A DNA stretch of 64,000 nucleotides from assembly GCA_044892505.1 (NCBI GenBank), contig CM097884.1, positions 106,144,001-106,208,000 of the forward strand, given 5' to 3'. The position numbers and the translations under genes are program-made. Positions 39,431 through 51,576 of this stretch are shown here, in pieces. Within the stretch, counting starts at the first letter, position 1. Every line of letters starts with the position of its first letter. Source of the DNA: Schmidtea nova. Taxonomy: Eukaryota. A model generated the notes under the pieces. The model was not told where the DNA came from. It was given only the letters and a program-made list of their open reading frames with translations, and ran no database searches.

Positions 39431-40929
39431 TTATCATGTGTATTTACCCACACAGTCTCGTGTGATGCTTTTCGTCATTTATTTATCATAGTGACAGAAC
39501 GTTGGTAGCAGCATCTTTGGTAACATAACCCTTTTTGTGATGGTTTTTTGAGCCCAAAAGCTTTCCACTTGAACATATTTATAATAATAAATATACTTTT
39601 TCTAAAAGAAAATTGATAATTTTGTACTATAAATTGATATTATAAACCTTGATAGCAGAACATTTGGTAACATAACCCATTTTGTGATGGGTTTTGAGCT
39701 TAAAAGCTATTTTCAAACCAATGTATGATCACATGAATTTCACTATATTTGATAATGGCCATGATGAAAATGCAACATTGCTAGAAATGTTCATGTTACC
39801 CAGTAAACTATCATTTTACACATATCAAATAAGATAACGTTTATTCTGATTTTCTTCAACAAATGTAATTCGTTTACCTGACTAACAAATTTAATGAGTA
39901 CTAGAACCCTAGTAGCAGAATCTTGGTGATTAAAAACCCATCTCTATTGTTTTTGGCACATTTATTCAATATTTTATCAAATTATATCTAGTAATTAAAT
40001 ATGTATAAATAAATTCCATTTGTTATTCATTTAATTAAATATGTATAAATAAATTCCATTTGTTATTCATTTAATGTTAAATTTAATATCAAATGATAAA
40101 TTTTAATTATTTTCATTTTAAATTTGATTTTTAGACAAACTGATGAAAATTTTAATATCCAAGAGCTTTATCAATTAAAATATTTGATATATATAATGGG
40201 CTCCAGAAATTATATCATTTCGAATATGGATGTCAACTGGTTCAACCGATGTAAAAGCTGGTTTGATCTGTTGACGACTTATCATTTTGAGGAAAGAGCT
40301 GGGAAAATATCATTTCACATGTAATGTTGATAATTAATAAATCAGTCAATTTGTCTTTTTTATTAAAGTTTTTACTAAAAATATTTCACTGGTCAGTGTT
40401 TAATTTTTAAATTTCGGGATATTAGTAAAACAATTTGCATGCAATACGAGTACACCAAGCATGAAGTGACTCACATAGGCATGCACCTCAACAAAGGCAT
40501 ATCATGAATAATTCAGACATGTCTCATACAGGTCACAATCATTTATCGTATACACCGACCATGCATCCTTCTTAACTGTAACCTTGCATTATAATTATCT
40601 GAAATATTTTAGAAAAACATGTCAACTGTTACAACTTGTGGCCATTATTGAATCAATGCATTTGCAAGTGTGTGCGATTTATTGAATAAACCTCATCGAT
40701 TTACTCCAATAACCAGTATTTGCTATCAACTGTTGCCAAATACCACTAAAAACGACAAAATGTTTACTAAAAAAAGCACAAAAACCCTAAACAGGTATGT
40801 TTTCACTAAGAAATCCCTCTTATTTGTACATAAATTACTTAATAAATTACCTGACAGTTACGAATCCATCCATTAAAAAATTAAACTATAACTGTGATCT
40901 ACCCCATGATACCGTCATTATTCTAACAG

Positions 40930-41330
40930 TTTTGACCCATCGTAGCCCATGTAATAAGATAGTACAATTCGCCCATCAGCTTTGACCCATCACATCCCAA
41001 GATACGTCATTCGTCTATCAGTTTTAACCCATCACATGCCATGTAATAATATAGCACCATTTACCTATCGGCTTTGACCCATCACATCCCATGTAATAAG
41101 ATGTCGCCATTCGCTTATCCGCTTTGACCCATCTGGTTCCCAAATCCGATAAAATTAATCCCAATGTTTGATAAAAACACACGTGTATTTTAATTTGTAT
41201 ATAAAATATTAAATACAGTACAATTACGATCCCATCCATTAAAATTCAACAACCGTTAATATGTTGATATCAGCTTTGATCTATCACATCCCATGTAATA
41301 AGATGTCGCCATCAGCTTTGATACACGGGC
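40930..41330. repeat. Degenerate ~50-bp minisatellite (TTGACCCATCACATCCCATGTAATAAGAT...)
   Basis: About six imperfect copies read directly. Confidence 0.7.
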
Positions 41331-42539
41331 TTCCGATCAAATTAGTCTGAATGTTTGATAAAAAACACATAAGTATGAGAATTTGAACGCATTCAAGAAC
41401 CATTTTTATTAAAAGTTCAATGAAAAACTCCTATTTTTCATTAAAATTAGACAATTCACTAAATTGAAAACTAAATCCAAAGTTAAAATAAAATTTTATT
41501 TCAAACTCTGAAATAAAATCTTAATATAAGTTAGATTGTAAATTATAAATTAAATAAAGATTTTCAAAGTTATATTACAAATTATAAATTAGAGAAAAAT
41601 TTTCAATACGTGTTAAGTTTATTATTATTTTATACTTGTGTGAAGTTTAATATAAGTTACAAATTTTAAATTACATATATTAATTAAGTTCTTAAATTAT
41701 ACTAAGAAATTTTATATTTAAATATTAATTTAAAGTATGTAGTTTTTTTTATTATTTCATTTTAATTGTTTTCATAATAGAAAATTTGAACTTGGACATT
41801 TTGTTGAAGTTAGTTTAATTTTATTATTATAATTATTGATTTGCTTTTAGGTAAAATTCAAAATAGAAATGATAATTCAAAATGTAATTGAGGTAAATTT
41901 TATTTATAATTTTGATTTAAATATTTGTAAACTTTATATGATATCCGACTCGGTAGATAATCTGACTAGATAATCCTACCAAATTAAAGGCCTCTGCGAT
42001 GTTTGCTTATTTTTGATTTAACGTTAATTAAATTCGGTCATAGTGTCTATGACGATATCTTGCCGGCACATTCATGGCGTATGAAACACTACGTTGTGAA
42101 TGATGTCTTGGTAGCTGGCTACCCTTGATTATCCGAGACATGATCGCTATAGATAGCGAACTATTGATGCCCAGGTCCTGTTGACCCCACTTTGGGGAGG
42201 CACAGACGATCCTTGTGGACGCGATCACTTTCCCAGCGTGTCTTTTAGGCACAGGCATTTAATCTTTAGGACTGGCAATATTAAAGCACATGTTCTTTAT
42301 CTTGTCTCTTCTTTTCTTGATATAGATTAATAATATTAATAATAATAATTGTTATAATAATAATTGTAATAATAATAATTGTAATAATAATAATACTTAT
42401 AAAATACTAATTGTAATAAAAAAAGTTATTAATTGTAATTATAAAATAATATTAAATAAAATAATAATACTTATAAAATATTATTAGTAATAAAAATAAT
42501 ATTAAATAAAAAAATACATATAAAATATTATTAGTAATA

Positions 42540-42968
42540 AAAAAATTCAAAAATTGCGCCAAAAAATTAAAATATTTACTGTATTTAAACAAAATCTAAA
42601 ACAGCGATAACATTCAAAAATTGCGCCAAAAAATTTGTATTAATTTACTTTATTTAAACAAAACGGCGGTAAAATTTAAAAATTGCGCCAAAAAATTTAA
42701 AACAAAAAATGACCTTGACCTTTGACCCCAATTACACAATGACCTTGACTTCGAAACGACCTTGATCTTTGACCCCGATTGTGTAATTATGAGATCATAA
42801 CTCGTGTGCTGCGTATTAGGCCTAGAAATATTATGTAATAACGTATGTATTATATGAAGCCCGCGAATTGCATAATGATTGTCTAATCATGTGTGTTACC
42901 AAAAGTCCTAGCGATTATGTAATATATACACAGGGGGTAGTGGTTCAGACTCCTCACTACATCCTACT
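42540..42968 (-). mobile_element. Orphan Polinton-type terminus inserted in the MCP gene of copy 1
   Basis: MCP homology stops at 42969 and the minus strand then reads AGTAGGATGTAGTGAGGAGTCTGAACCAC; GACCTTGACC repeats and three TTGCGCCAAAAAATT copies lie internally. Confidence 0.55.
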
Positions 42969-43271
42969 TATATTATTAAATCCAAGAATCGCATCTTTGA
43001 AAAGAGTATGAAATAGGTAATTATTTGGTACTACATCAATCGCATCAGCTTATTTATTTCTATCTTTATCTACAACCTTGACAGTAACGGATAATAAAGC
43101 ATCGTTTAAATCTAAATATTCGGTTTGAAAACCGTTAATGTAAAATTCTACATCATTTCTACTATCTGTAATAGAATTCATTGGAAATACATCTTCAAAT
43201 ACCTCATATTCAATAACTGCTTGGGGAGATGGTCGATCAAAAATACGTAATTCACATTTATCGCAAATCAT
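42969..43271 (-). pseudogene. N-terminal part of major capsid gene, Polinton copy 1
   Basis: MICDKCELRIFDRPSPQAVIEY...YLDLND, homologous to 61735 onward; truncated by the insertion. Confidence 0.9.
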
Positions 43272-43654
43272 TCTTCAAATATAGTTCTATGACCTTTCAT
43301 TCGATTGTTTATACATTTTCTACCCTTTTTACGTCTTGGTCCTACTGGTTCAGGTTCGTGTTCAGTTTTGGTAAACATATTTTTAATGGAATGAAGCATT
43401 TGTGTTACAGCAGGTAAGGCTTTATTAACTGCATCAAAAGCATCTGTTTTCAATGATGGTAATATTTTATTATCTTTCACGATAACATCTTTGGCAGTTT
43501 TCATTCCGAAACTACCTATTCCCTTAAGAATCGGAAGTGCAAATCTACCAATAGTTTTCAACCAACCTGATCCATACTGTTTACCTACAAAATACGGGAA
43601 TTCGCCACCAGTTTGGCTATTACTGTACAAAAAAACTATATCGGGATAACTCAT
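43268..43654 (-). CDS. Polinton copy 1 small virion/core-like protein (homolog of 61373-61738)
   Basis: QTGGEFPYFVGKQYGSGWLKTIGRFALPILK; open frame of 128 aa. Confidence 0.8.
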   Translation of the reverse strand: MSYPDIVFLYSNSQTGGEFPYFVGKQYGSGWLKTIGRFALPILKGIGSFGMKTAKDVIVKDNKILPSLKTDAFDAVNKALPAVTQMLHSIKNMFTKTEHEPEPVGPRRKKGRKCINNRMKGHRTIFEE

Positions 43655-44651
43655 CGCTTTTTCGAAAATGTAGAGTCAAATGAGTTTTTGAATCTTTTGA
43701 AAAGTTTATTAAATTACCTCTATCATCTCTGATATTAATTTGTATATTGTTTATACAAGAAGTTGAAACCGATAAATACATTGGATTTTCAACTTGTATT
43801 TGAACAACTTCATCCTGTTCATGTTTTTCAATCCATACCAATTTTAACATGGGAACTAATGAATCGCCAACAATTATAGGATTGACTGTAAATGAACATT
43901 TGTTGATGAAGTTTAATTATTTTCGGTTTATTTATTCTTACATTTAAATATTCATCTTGAGCATAAGTTGCTTACCTAATCCCAATGATTTTTACGGGGT
44001 TTCTGTCAAAAGTAATTTCACTAATATCCGAATTCAAACTGAATTTGAAGTAATTATAATCTATTAATTCCAATGATTTAAAGATACTTCCACAATTTTG
44101 AATCATATGATTGCATTTCATCTAGTTTCGATATGTATAAGTTATCTTTATATGTATATATGAAAATAGTATCAGCCTTGTACTCTATCTTTATTCTATT
44201 TATTTCCAACCTTTCTCCAACTTTGATATATTAAGTAGCGGCATCTTGTATGTATCCGTAAGACTTTGATAACTCTGTTTCATTAATCCTAATCTTTTCG
44301 CCATCGCCAAAGTATCAAATGTTATTGTGAAGGGATAATAATCGCAGGTTAAATAAGTAAAATTCTTATCGCTGGACATTTAAGAAATATCATCGGCAGG
44401 ATTATATATATCAAATTCATCTAATTACCAAATTTTTATATTTTGAGTGCAAAGTTTTCATTTTGTACCGAATTTCAGCTTTACTATAAAATGGAAATGG
44501 ATTATACACAAACGTAAAGTCAAAGAGAGCGACTTCCCAAATACCTTCTAAATAAATCGGATTTTGTAGATTGATCATGAATTTACTGGCAGTATTATCT
44601 GGATGTTTATCGGGACAACTATTGCTTGGTAAAATCGTAAAAAAACTTCAT
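43620..44651 (-). pseudogene. Minor capsid (penton) gene, Polinton copy 1, frameshifted
   Basis: Colinear DNA homology to 60355-61380; C-terminal fragment QVENPMYLSV...INIRDDRG...LTLHFRK. Confidence 0.85.
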
Positions 44652-45590
44652 TTTACGAGGTTTTTTGACGATATCCATGATGGTTCTTTATATCCATACC
44701 ACTTGATATAGTATTGTTTATCTTTACCGACCATTTTAGTTTTCAATATTTTTGAATTCGAAATATCGTTGGAAGGGGATTATCTTGTAATTCTTGTTCA
44801 TAGAATTTCCCACTGACTATATTGTTATCAGAATCAGAAATAGTATACATGACAGGATTCTGGACTGTGTTGACTTTCGATATTTGATATACCTCATCGC
44901 TCCAATTACTATCAAAGTTTTTAATGAATGGCGATGCACTAATTTTACTAATTCGAACATGATCACTTATTTTATATTTTGGTTTCTTTATTTTCGTATC
45001 ACTCAAAATATTTTCAGTATTAACTACTTCAGCAGGTTTCCTGCCATTTATACCTCGATGAGCAGAATGATTATAACTATGAATAATTTGTGGTAAAACA
45101 TAAATCCATGTTTTATTCCATTGATACAAAAAATATTTCTTCAGACGATCTCTTAATGTAATATTAAATCTTTCAACATGGGCTGCTTTGAATTGAGAGA
45201 ATACTGAGTAATGATTGATTCCCGTTAGAATTTCTTTGACTTTACTATTGTAAAATTCCTTACCCAGATAAATAGTTATCATTTTATAAAATAATATATA
45301 ATCTTACATAAATCAGTTTGTAAATTAGTTGGACGTCCACTTTTGAACATTGTTTTGAATGCAATAGCCATTTCATTTGCAGATTTAGATTTTACGTGAA
45401 TAGCCCAAGCAAAACGACTGTAAACATCAATACATGTCAAAATATACTTGTATACCTTGTTAATTTTTTAATATAGAATCATTTCCATCAAATCCATTTG
45501 CCACAAATCATTAATTCTATATGTTTTATATGCTCGAGTTGGAAACCGTTTCAGCATCGATTTGTTTAGACTGTGTGCAAGTTGCTTTTG
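44648..45590 (-). pseudogene. Retroviral-like integrase, Polinton copy 1 (5' deleted, stops, intron remnant)
   Basis: HVERFN, KPKYKISDHVRISK and FYEQELQ motifs; joined to the ATPase by an ~0.8-kb deletion. Confidence 0.88.
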
Positions 45591-46103
45591 TAGCTTTTGT
45601 AGCATCTTGAAACGCATCAATCAAGAAATTCCGATTAGAGGGGTATGCTTGTCTTGCCAGAAAATAAATAACTGTTGCATCTCTAGGATTTTTAAAAACA
45701 ACTAGGTATTGAACATTCAAATTACGAGTTTGATGACTGCCGCCCTGATGAAATAAATTCTGAGTAATAAAATTAACTGTAACACCTTTGTGTCTAGCAA
45801 TCTTTGTAAATAAGTTATTAAAATCCTTTTCTTTATTTGCTTCTTGATGCAAGTCATCAATAATAATAACATCACCTTGTTGTAATCTAGTAGACCAATT
45901 TTTATCAAAACCTTTTATTATAGTCATTTTTATCTTACAAAATTGATCTTGAGTCATTCCATGTTCACCATTCGCCCCCCTATGCCAAAATATTTTATTA
46001 AATTTGGACTTGAATAATTTTGATTGTAATAATTTACAAACAACGTTTTTCCACTCCCGCTCGGACCAACAATTTGAAAAACTGCATCGTTTCTTAATTC
46101 CAT
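45590..46103 (-). pseudogene. A32-like packaging ATPase, Polinton copy 1 (frameshift after Walker A, 3' deletion)
   Basis: GPSGSGKT and IIIDD motifs; homologous to 58069-58692. Confidence 0.88.
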
Positions 46104-46191
46104 ATTTCTAATTTTATTATTATTGTTTATATTCGTTTTAAATAATAGTTGTCATTGTTGTTGTCATATTTAAAAGATATTCATTAAAGTA

Positions 46192-46650
46192 ATGATTAGC
46201 AACATAAATTATAAGGGTAAAACTGATGTATCTCACATGAATTTCCCAAAGGGTAAACCACAGCAAATTATTGATAGAAGTGGTAAGTACCCGATAATAT
46301 TTTTTAAGACCGGGAGATTTAGAATTATGGGATGCAAGGAATTTATTATTGATGAAAAAGTAAATATTTATGATTTAAAAATACAATCAATTACTGTAAC
46401 GGTAGACTTGGAATTTAGTTGTAATTTAACTGTTTTATCTAAATTAATGGAATGTGTTTTCGAGCCAGAAATATTTCCAGCTTTGAGATATATAAAATAT
46501 AATCCTATTTGTGTTAATATATTTGCAAGCGGTAAAGTAGTTATATTAGGTTTAAAAATTAGGGATTATTATAATATAGTTGATAGTATTATTATCGATA
46601 TAAAATCAATTATTGAGGATAAAGACTTCAGATTTTTTATTAACGTGTGA
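46192..46650 (+). CDS. TBP-like (TATA-binding protein fold) protein, Polinton copy 1, 152 aa
   Basis: KIQSITVTVDLEF...FEPEIFPALRY...VNIFASGKVVILG matches the second TBP core repeat; about 75% identical to the copy 2 protein by manual alignment. Confidence 0.85.
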   Translation: MISNINYKGKTDVSHMNFPKGKPQQIIDRSGKYPIIFFKTGRFRIMGCKEFIIDEKVNIYDLKIQSITVTVDLEFSCNLTVLSKLMECVFEPEIFPALRYIKYNPICVNIFASGKVVILGLKIRDYYNIVDSIIIDIKSIIEDKDFRFFINV

Positions 46651-46791
46651 CTCTTGATTGCAATAAACCTACAATAGTAATGCACGATTCTGATTGGCTC
46701 TGTATGTATTTATCAAATAAAGACATTACGTGTATTCGAATCTGATTGGTTATGTGTATATTATTTTATATATGTTGTGTGTGTTACTATC

Positions 46792-46850
<59 letters not shown>

Positions 46851-46947
46851 ATGAACATTTTGTGATAATTCACATCAACAAAACTAAAAAATGGTAAATT
46901 AAAAAATTACTAGTTAACATTTTTTATAATTTACATTTGTAGAAAAG

Positions 46948-47465
46948 ATGATGGCTGTATTATACAGAAAACTGGAAGAAATATTCCCCAAATTGATGAC
47001 TTAGCTGACTTGCACAGCACCCGAACTATTCCCGTATAAGATCCAGTGTATTACGGGAATAGACATCAATCAAATATTGCTGGACCACCTCGCAAATCTG
47101 TATGTTGAGATCCCTTTCATGGCTGAGCACATCAACGCGGGCATTGTACCGACCGAATTGAGAGATTCCGTATATGGATTTTGTGGACGGAACTAAAAAG
47201 ATTCGAATTAGAATCCGCAAAAGAAAAAGAAGAAGAACCTAAAATATGGCCCAATAGTACTCCGGATTGCGATGAATCCGCTGATTGTCCGGTTCCTTCA
47301 GAATACGACAAATTGGTTCAATGTGATAAATATTCACAATGCGACGAATCACCAGAATCACCTGATTGTGACGAATGTCATCGCAAGATTCCCGATGATC
47401 TTCCAGATTACGGCGAATGCAATCGTGAGATGACTGATTGCAATCAATCATCACCGCAGCAATAA
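46948..47465 (+). pseudogene. Acidic Cys-containing accessory ORF, Polinton copy 1 (stop and frameshift; homolog of 56699-57235)
   Basis: TAPELFPYKI, MAEHI, WPNSTP and CDESPESPDCxxCHRK shared with copy 2. Confidence 0.8.
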
Positions 47466-47899
47466 TTTAATATATTGTATATATGTTTATTATTATTTAT
47501 GTTTTGTGTGTTATCATTTAATAAATGTATTATCATTCGTATTTTAGTTTGTTTATAAGTTTTTATTAAAGTTCAGTTTTTTAGTTTTTTTATTTTAAAT
47601 AGTAATATGTTTTTATTGATATAGAGGTTTTCTTGATTAAAATAATTTTTTTAATAATTTGACATATAAATAAATAAATATTAACATTAAGTAAATACAT
47701 AAACATTTTAAATAAAGACATTAACTAAAACATTTAACTACATAAAAATACGCACACATGCATCAACTATATATAACATGTGACAAAGATACACATGCAT
47801 AACATATACAGTTTGAATGCGTCATTTTCATTAGACAATAACATAAACTCGTGACTATAAATACAAAGCCATTTTTTAGATAATGTCATTATTATTAAA

Positions 47900-48367
47900 A
47901 TGCAATCACACAAAGCAATTTTTCCTACTTATGATAAAATTTTTAACAAACCAATAAATGGGGAAGATAACAGGAAAGAAGAAATTAAAACAAAAATCAA
48001 GACAGAAGTCAAACCAGTGCAAATGTATTAGGACTATAAAATTTATTTCTTGGTAGAAGAAATACCTTTTAGTTTATCGTATCCGGTCAAATTAACAAAG
48101 TCATTGTATGGCAGTTTAGCTGCAAATATATCTAAAGAAGATGTTGTTGCACTAAATAAAGTTTTATTGAAAATCAATAAAAATTTAAGTTGCAAAGAAA
48201 CAATTTACATCAACAACAGAAAAACTCGTTTTCATGATGCGTTCCAAACAATCGAATACAAGGATCAAGAACACTGGTTTATTAATATAATTATTCAGGG
48301 TTATAAAGTAGATACAAAAGATGTTATAACTCCAATTTGGAGAATTGACAGTGCGCGATTTACATAA
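47900..48367 (+). pseudogene. Conserved accessory ORF, Polinton copy 1 (one in-frame stop; homolog of 55793-56209)
   Basis: TEVKPVQMY*...PVKLTKSLY...NNRKTRFHDAFQTI...TPIWR. Confidence 0.8.
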
Positions 48368-48631
48368 ATGTCATTTAATAAATTTTAATATTATTAAATT
48401 TAGTTTTTTCTTGTCCAAATTTTTATTATAGTTTCGATTTATATACCAGCGTTAATTTTAATGGTATTATNNNNNNNNNNNNNNNNNNNNNNNNNNNNNN
48501 NNNNNNNNNNNNNNNNNNNNNNNNNNNNNNNNNNNNNNNNNNNNNNNNNNNNNNNNNNNNNNNNNNNNNNNNNNNNNNNNNNNNNNNNNNNNNNNNNNNN
48601 NNNNNNNNNNNNNNNNNNNNNNNNNNNNNNN

Positions 48632-49439
48632 TACTTACCTTTGTTAATCTTGCAGCTTGATTGCATTGGCTTTATTAAACTTGCACTTACAATGCCATGT
48701 GAGTCACAAAGTGTTGTGTCACTTAATAGTTAATTTAGAATTTGAATATATTTGATCGAATATATTCTGACATATAAAATTATTATATTTGACCTACTTA
48801 TTTCGGACATAGAAAAATTATATTTGACCTACTTTGTTGACCTTAAAGTATCCTTAATTCTGACTTAGAACAATTTTGAAAATTATTATTAACCTACTTA
48901 TTTCTGAATTAGAATAATTTCAAAAATTGTTATTGACCTATTTAATTCTGACAAGGAAAAAATTTTTAATTTATTTATATTATAACTTAGAATAATTTCG
49001 AAAATTATTATTAACCTACTTAATTTAGACTTAGAAAAATTTTAAAAATTATATTTGACTTACTTATTTCTGACATAGAAAAATTTTGAAAACTATTTTA
49101 CCTACTTATTTTAACTTTAAATTCACCTTTAAAATATTTGACCTAATTATTTTGTCCTCATCGTGACCTGAAATCAACCTATCTTTTGAGCTCAAAGTGT
49201 CCTTAAAACAACCTTGACATACTTTATTGTCCTTAAAATGTCCTTAACCCATAAATTTGACCTTAAATTCATCATAAAATGACCTTAAATCGACCTTGAC
49301 CTACTTTTTTAACCTTGGAAGTGTCCTTAAAGTGACCTTAAACGAAAACATTGGCCTTAAAGTGTCCTTAAATTGTCCTACATATAAATATATTTTTCTA
49401 CGGGGTTCTTGACCTATATCTGAAGGGCTTACATTCTAC
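48632..49439 (-). repeat. Right terminal inverted repeat of Polinton copy 1
   Basis: Reverse complement of 23094-23658, with extra copies of the GACCTACTTATT subrepeat. Confidence 0.85.
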
Positions 49440-51500
49440 GATTGATTTTTACTCAAAAAAATCGCTAAATTATTGAATCTGAAATTACATTAATAGCTGC
49501 AATTTTCAGGGAAACAGCGCAGAATAAAGACAAAAGCATTGTTGATTTTGGAAAAAGAATCAGAATGCGCTGTATAAACTGGGAAACAGATCGTGAATCG
49601 TTTATGGTAAAAGTATTTTAAAGAAGTTCAAAATAGGTATATAGCATGTTCTTTGAAGTTTACAAAGCGAAAACATTAGAAGAAGCTCTGGAGAAGGTAA
49701 GAAGAAAGCAAATTAGAAATTTCTACTGAGGAAGAACGAGCTTATTGCAGTGCAATGAAATATATAATTGATCAATTTGATATAATTAAACCCTTAAAAG
49801 AAGAAATCTTAATGTTAGAAAACAATTGAACAATTGCAGGCAGTACAAAGAAACGACAGACAAAATTGGGGACAAACAGGTCAACGTCAATTACATGGAG
49901 TAGATACGGGAAAATGTTTTAAATGTAAAAAATTGGGGCATATAGCCATTTGTTGTAGATCAGAGCAAAACAGCACTAAAACTCCAATCAAATGTCTTAA
50001 ATATAAGGGAAATCATTTGATCACTGCAAAAATCTGAATAATTTCAGATATTTTCAGAAAGAAAATGATAGTGAAACCAATTTAGTCTATGAGACAATAA
50101 GCAAAATCGAAGAAAAGGTTTAAATGTTATTAATGAGTGGAGCAAGGAGAGAGCAAACAAAGTTATCAAGAATTTTGAAAATAAACTAACATTGGACAAA
50201 AAATATGAAAATTTTATTAATGGTAATGCCTTAAAACCGAGGAAACAACTTTATGGATACCAGGACACTTGAATATCAAATAGGAGAAATAAGAGGGCAA
50301 AAAACAAACCAATTGCAGAATGCTTAATATGAAATCATAAATTTTTTTTGATACTGGAGTGGATCTAAATGTCATTGGCGACCAATTACGTGAGGATTTA
50401 ATAAACAAAAACGGTGTGATTAAAGTATATGAAAGTAACACTAAATTTAGAAGCTAAAACGAAAGCAAAGTAAAATCTATTGAAAAAGTGAAATTAAGCG
50501 TTGCAATAAGACCGGTTTTTACAAACCATGTATTTTATATTATTCCGAATATTTTCCCATATTTATATATTGGTATCAGAAGTATGAAGAAATGTGAAAT
50601 AAAAGTAAATCCATCTGATTATTCAAAGAATCAAAGTTTCATTTTGTCAAAAACTGTAGAAGCTCCTTCTAACTAATACTTATCATGTTATTGAGCCGAG
50701 ATACGGATAAGGATGGGAATCAGGTTCATAAATTATCTTATAATGATTATTAGAGTTATTTTGGTCGATAATATTTTTTGTATATAATAATTACCCAACA
50801 TTATCTGTTTATTTATTTATTTATTTATCTGTGATTCCAGAACGCTCAAAGTTTATATTCTAATTCTAATATAATATTATGATACTATCAAAGATAAGTA
50901 GCATAAAGATTAATTTAATTTTAATTTAATTTAAAATATTTTTTAGAATATTATAAAAAATATTATATTATAATATATAATGAAAATAATAAGATCAATT
51001 TGACTGCCTTATATATCACTATATATTATATATTATATATTATTATTATTTTATCATTATTAATGTGAAAAATATATAATATTTACCCAACATTATCTGT
51101 TTATTTATTTATTTATCTGTGATTCCGGAACGCTCAAAGTTCTTCCATATCTAACACTGAGAAATAAATTAAATTTTAAAGGTAATGAAAACGAAAATAA
51201 TGAGTTCTTCATTATCAAATTAATTTTTCCGTTATTTTTAGGTACTGATCTTTAAAAAAACATTTATTTTTTTTCAATTATTTAATACTAAAAATTGAAA
51301 CTGCCAAAAGTGAAAAATTGACTAAGGGGGCGCCTTGGCGCCTTAGAACAACCTAGTAGAGATTAATAATGTTGGTGAATATTTTGTTAATGGAATGATA
51401 GTAGATAACAGCAGAGGACGAATTTGGAGATTGGATATTTAGTATGGGAAAGCAAAAGATGGCTGCAAGAGGACTTTTAGTTTGTGATTGTATAGAGAAA

Positions 51501-51576
<76 letters not shown>

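Larger units (their letters stand above)
23094..49439 (-). mobile_element. Polinton/Maverick (adintovirus-like) copy 1, full-length but decayed, with nested insertions
   Basis: Long inverted repeats at both ends; left end AGTAGG; flanks GATTGT / GATTGA. Contains remnants of pPolB, protease, MCP, penton, integrase and ATPase plus TBP-like and other ORFs homologous to copy 2. Confidence 0.85.

Noticed and set aside
40124-40324. Exon-like open segment
   Set aside because: No recognisable protein similarity and no partner exons.
38520-41330. CRISPR-like reading of repeat arrays
   Set aside because: Eukaryotic context, degenerate units with no unique spacers and no cas genes; ordinary minisatellites.
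42028-42258. 76-aa minus-strand ORF in a GC-rich patch
   Set aside because: No recognisable motif, and neighbouring frames are full of stops; probably a fragment of an unidentified repeat.
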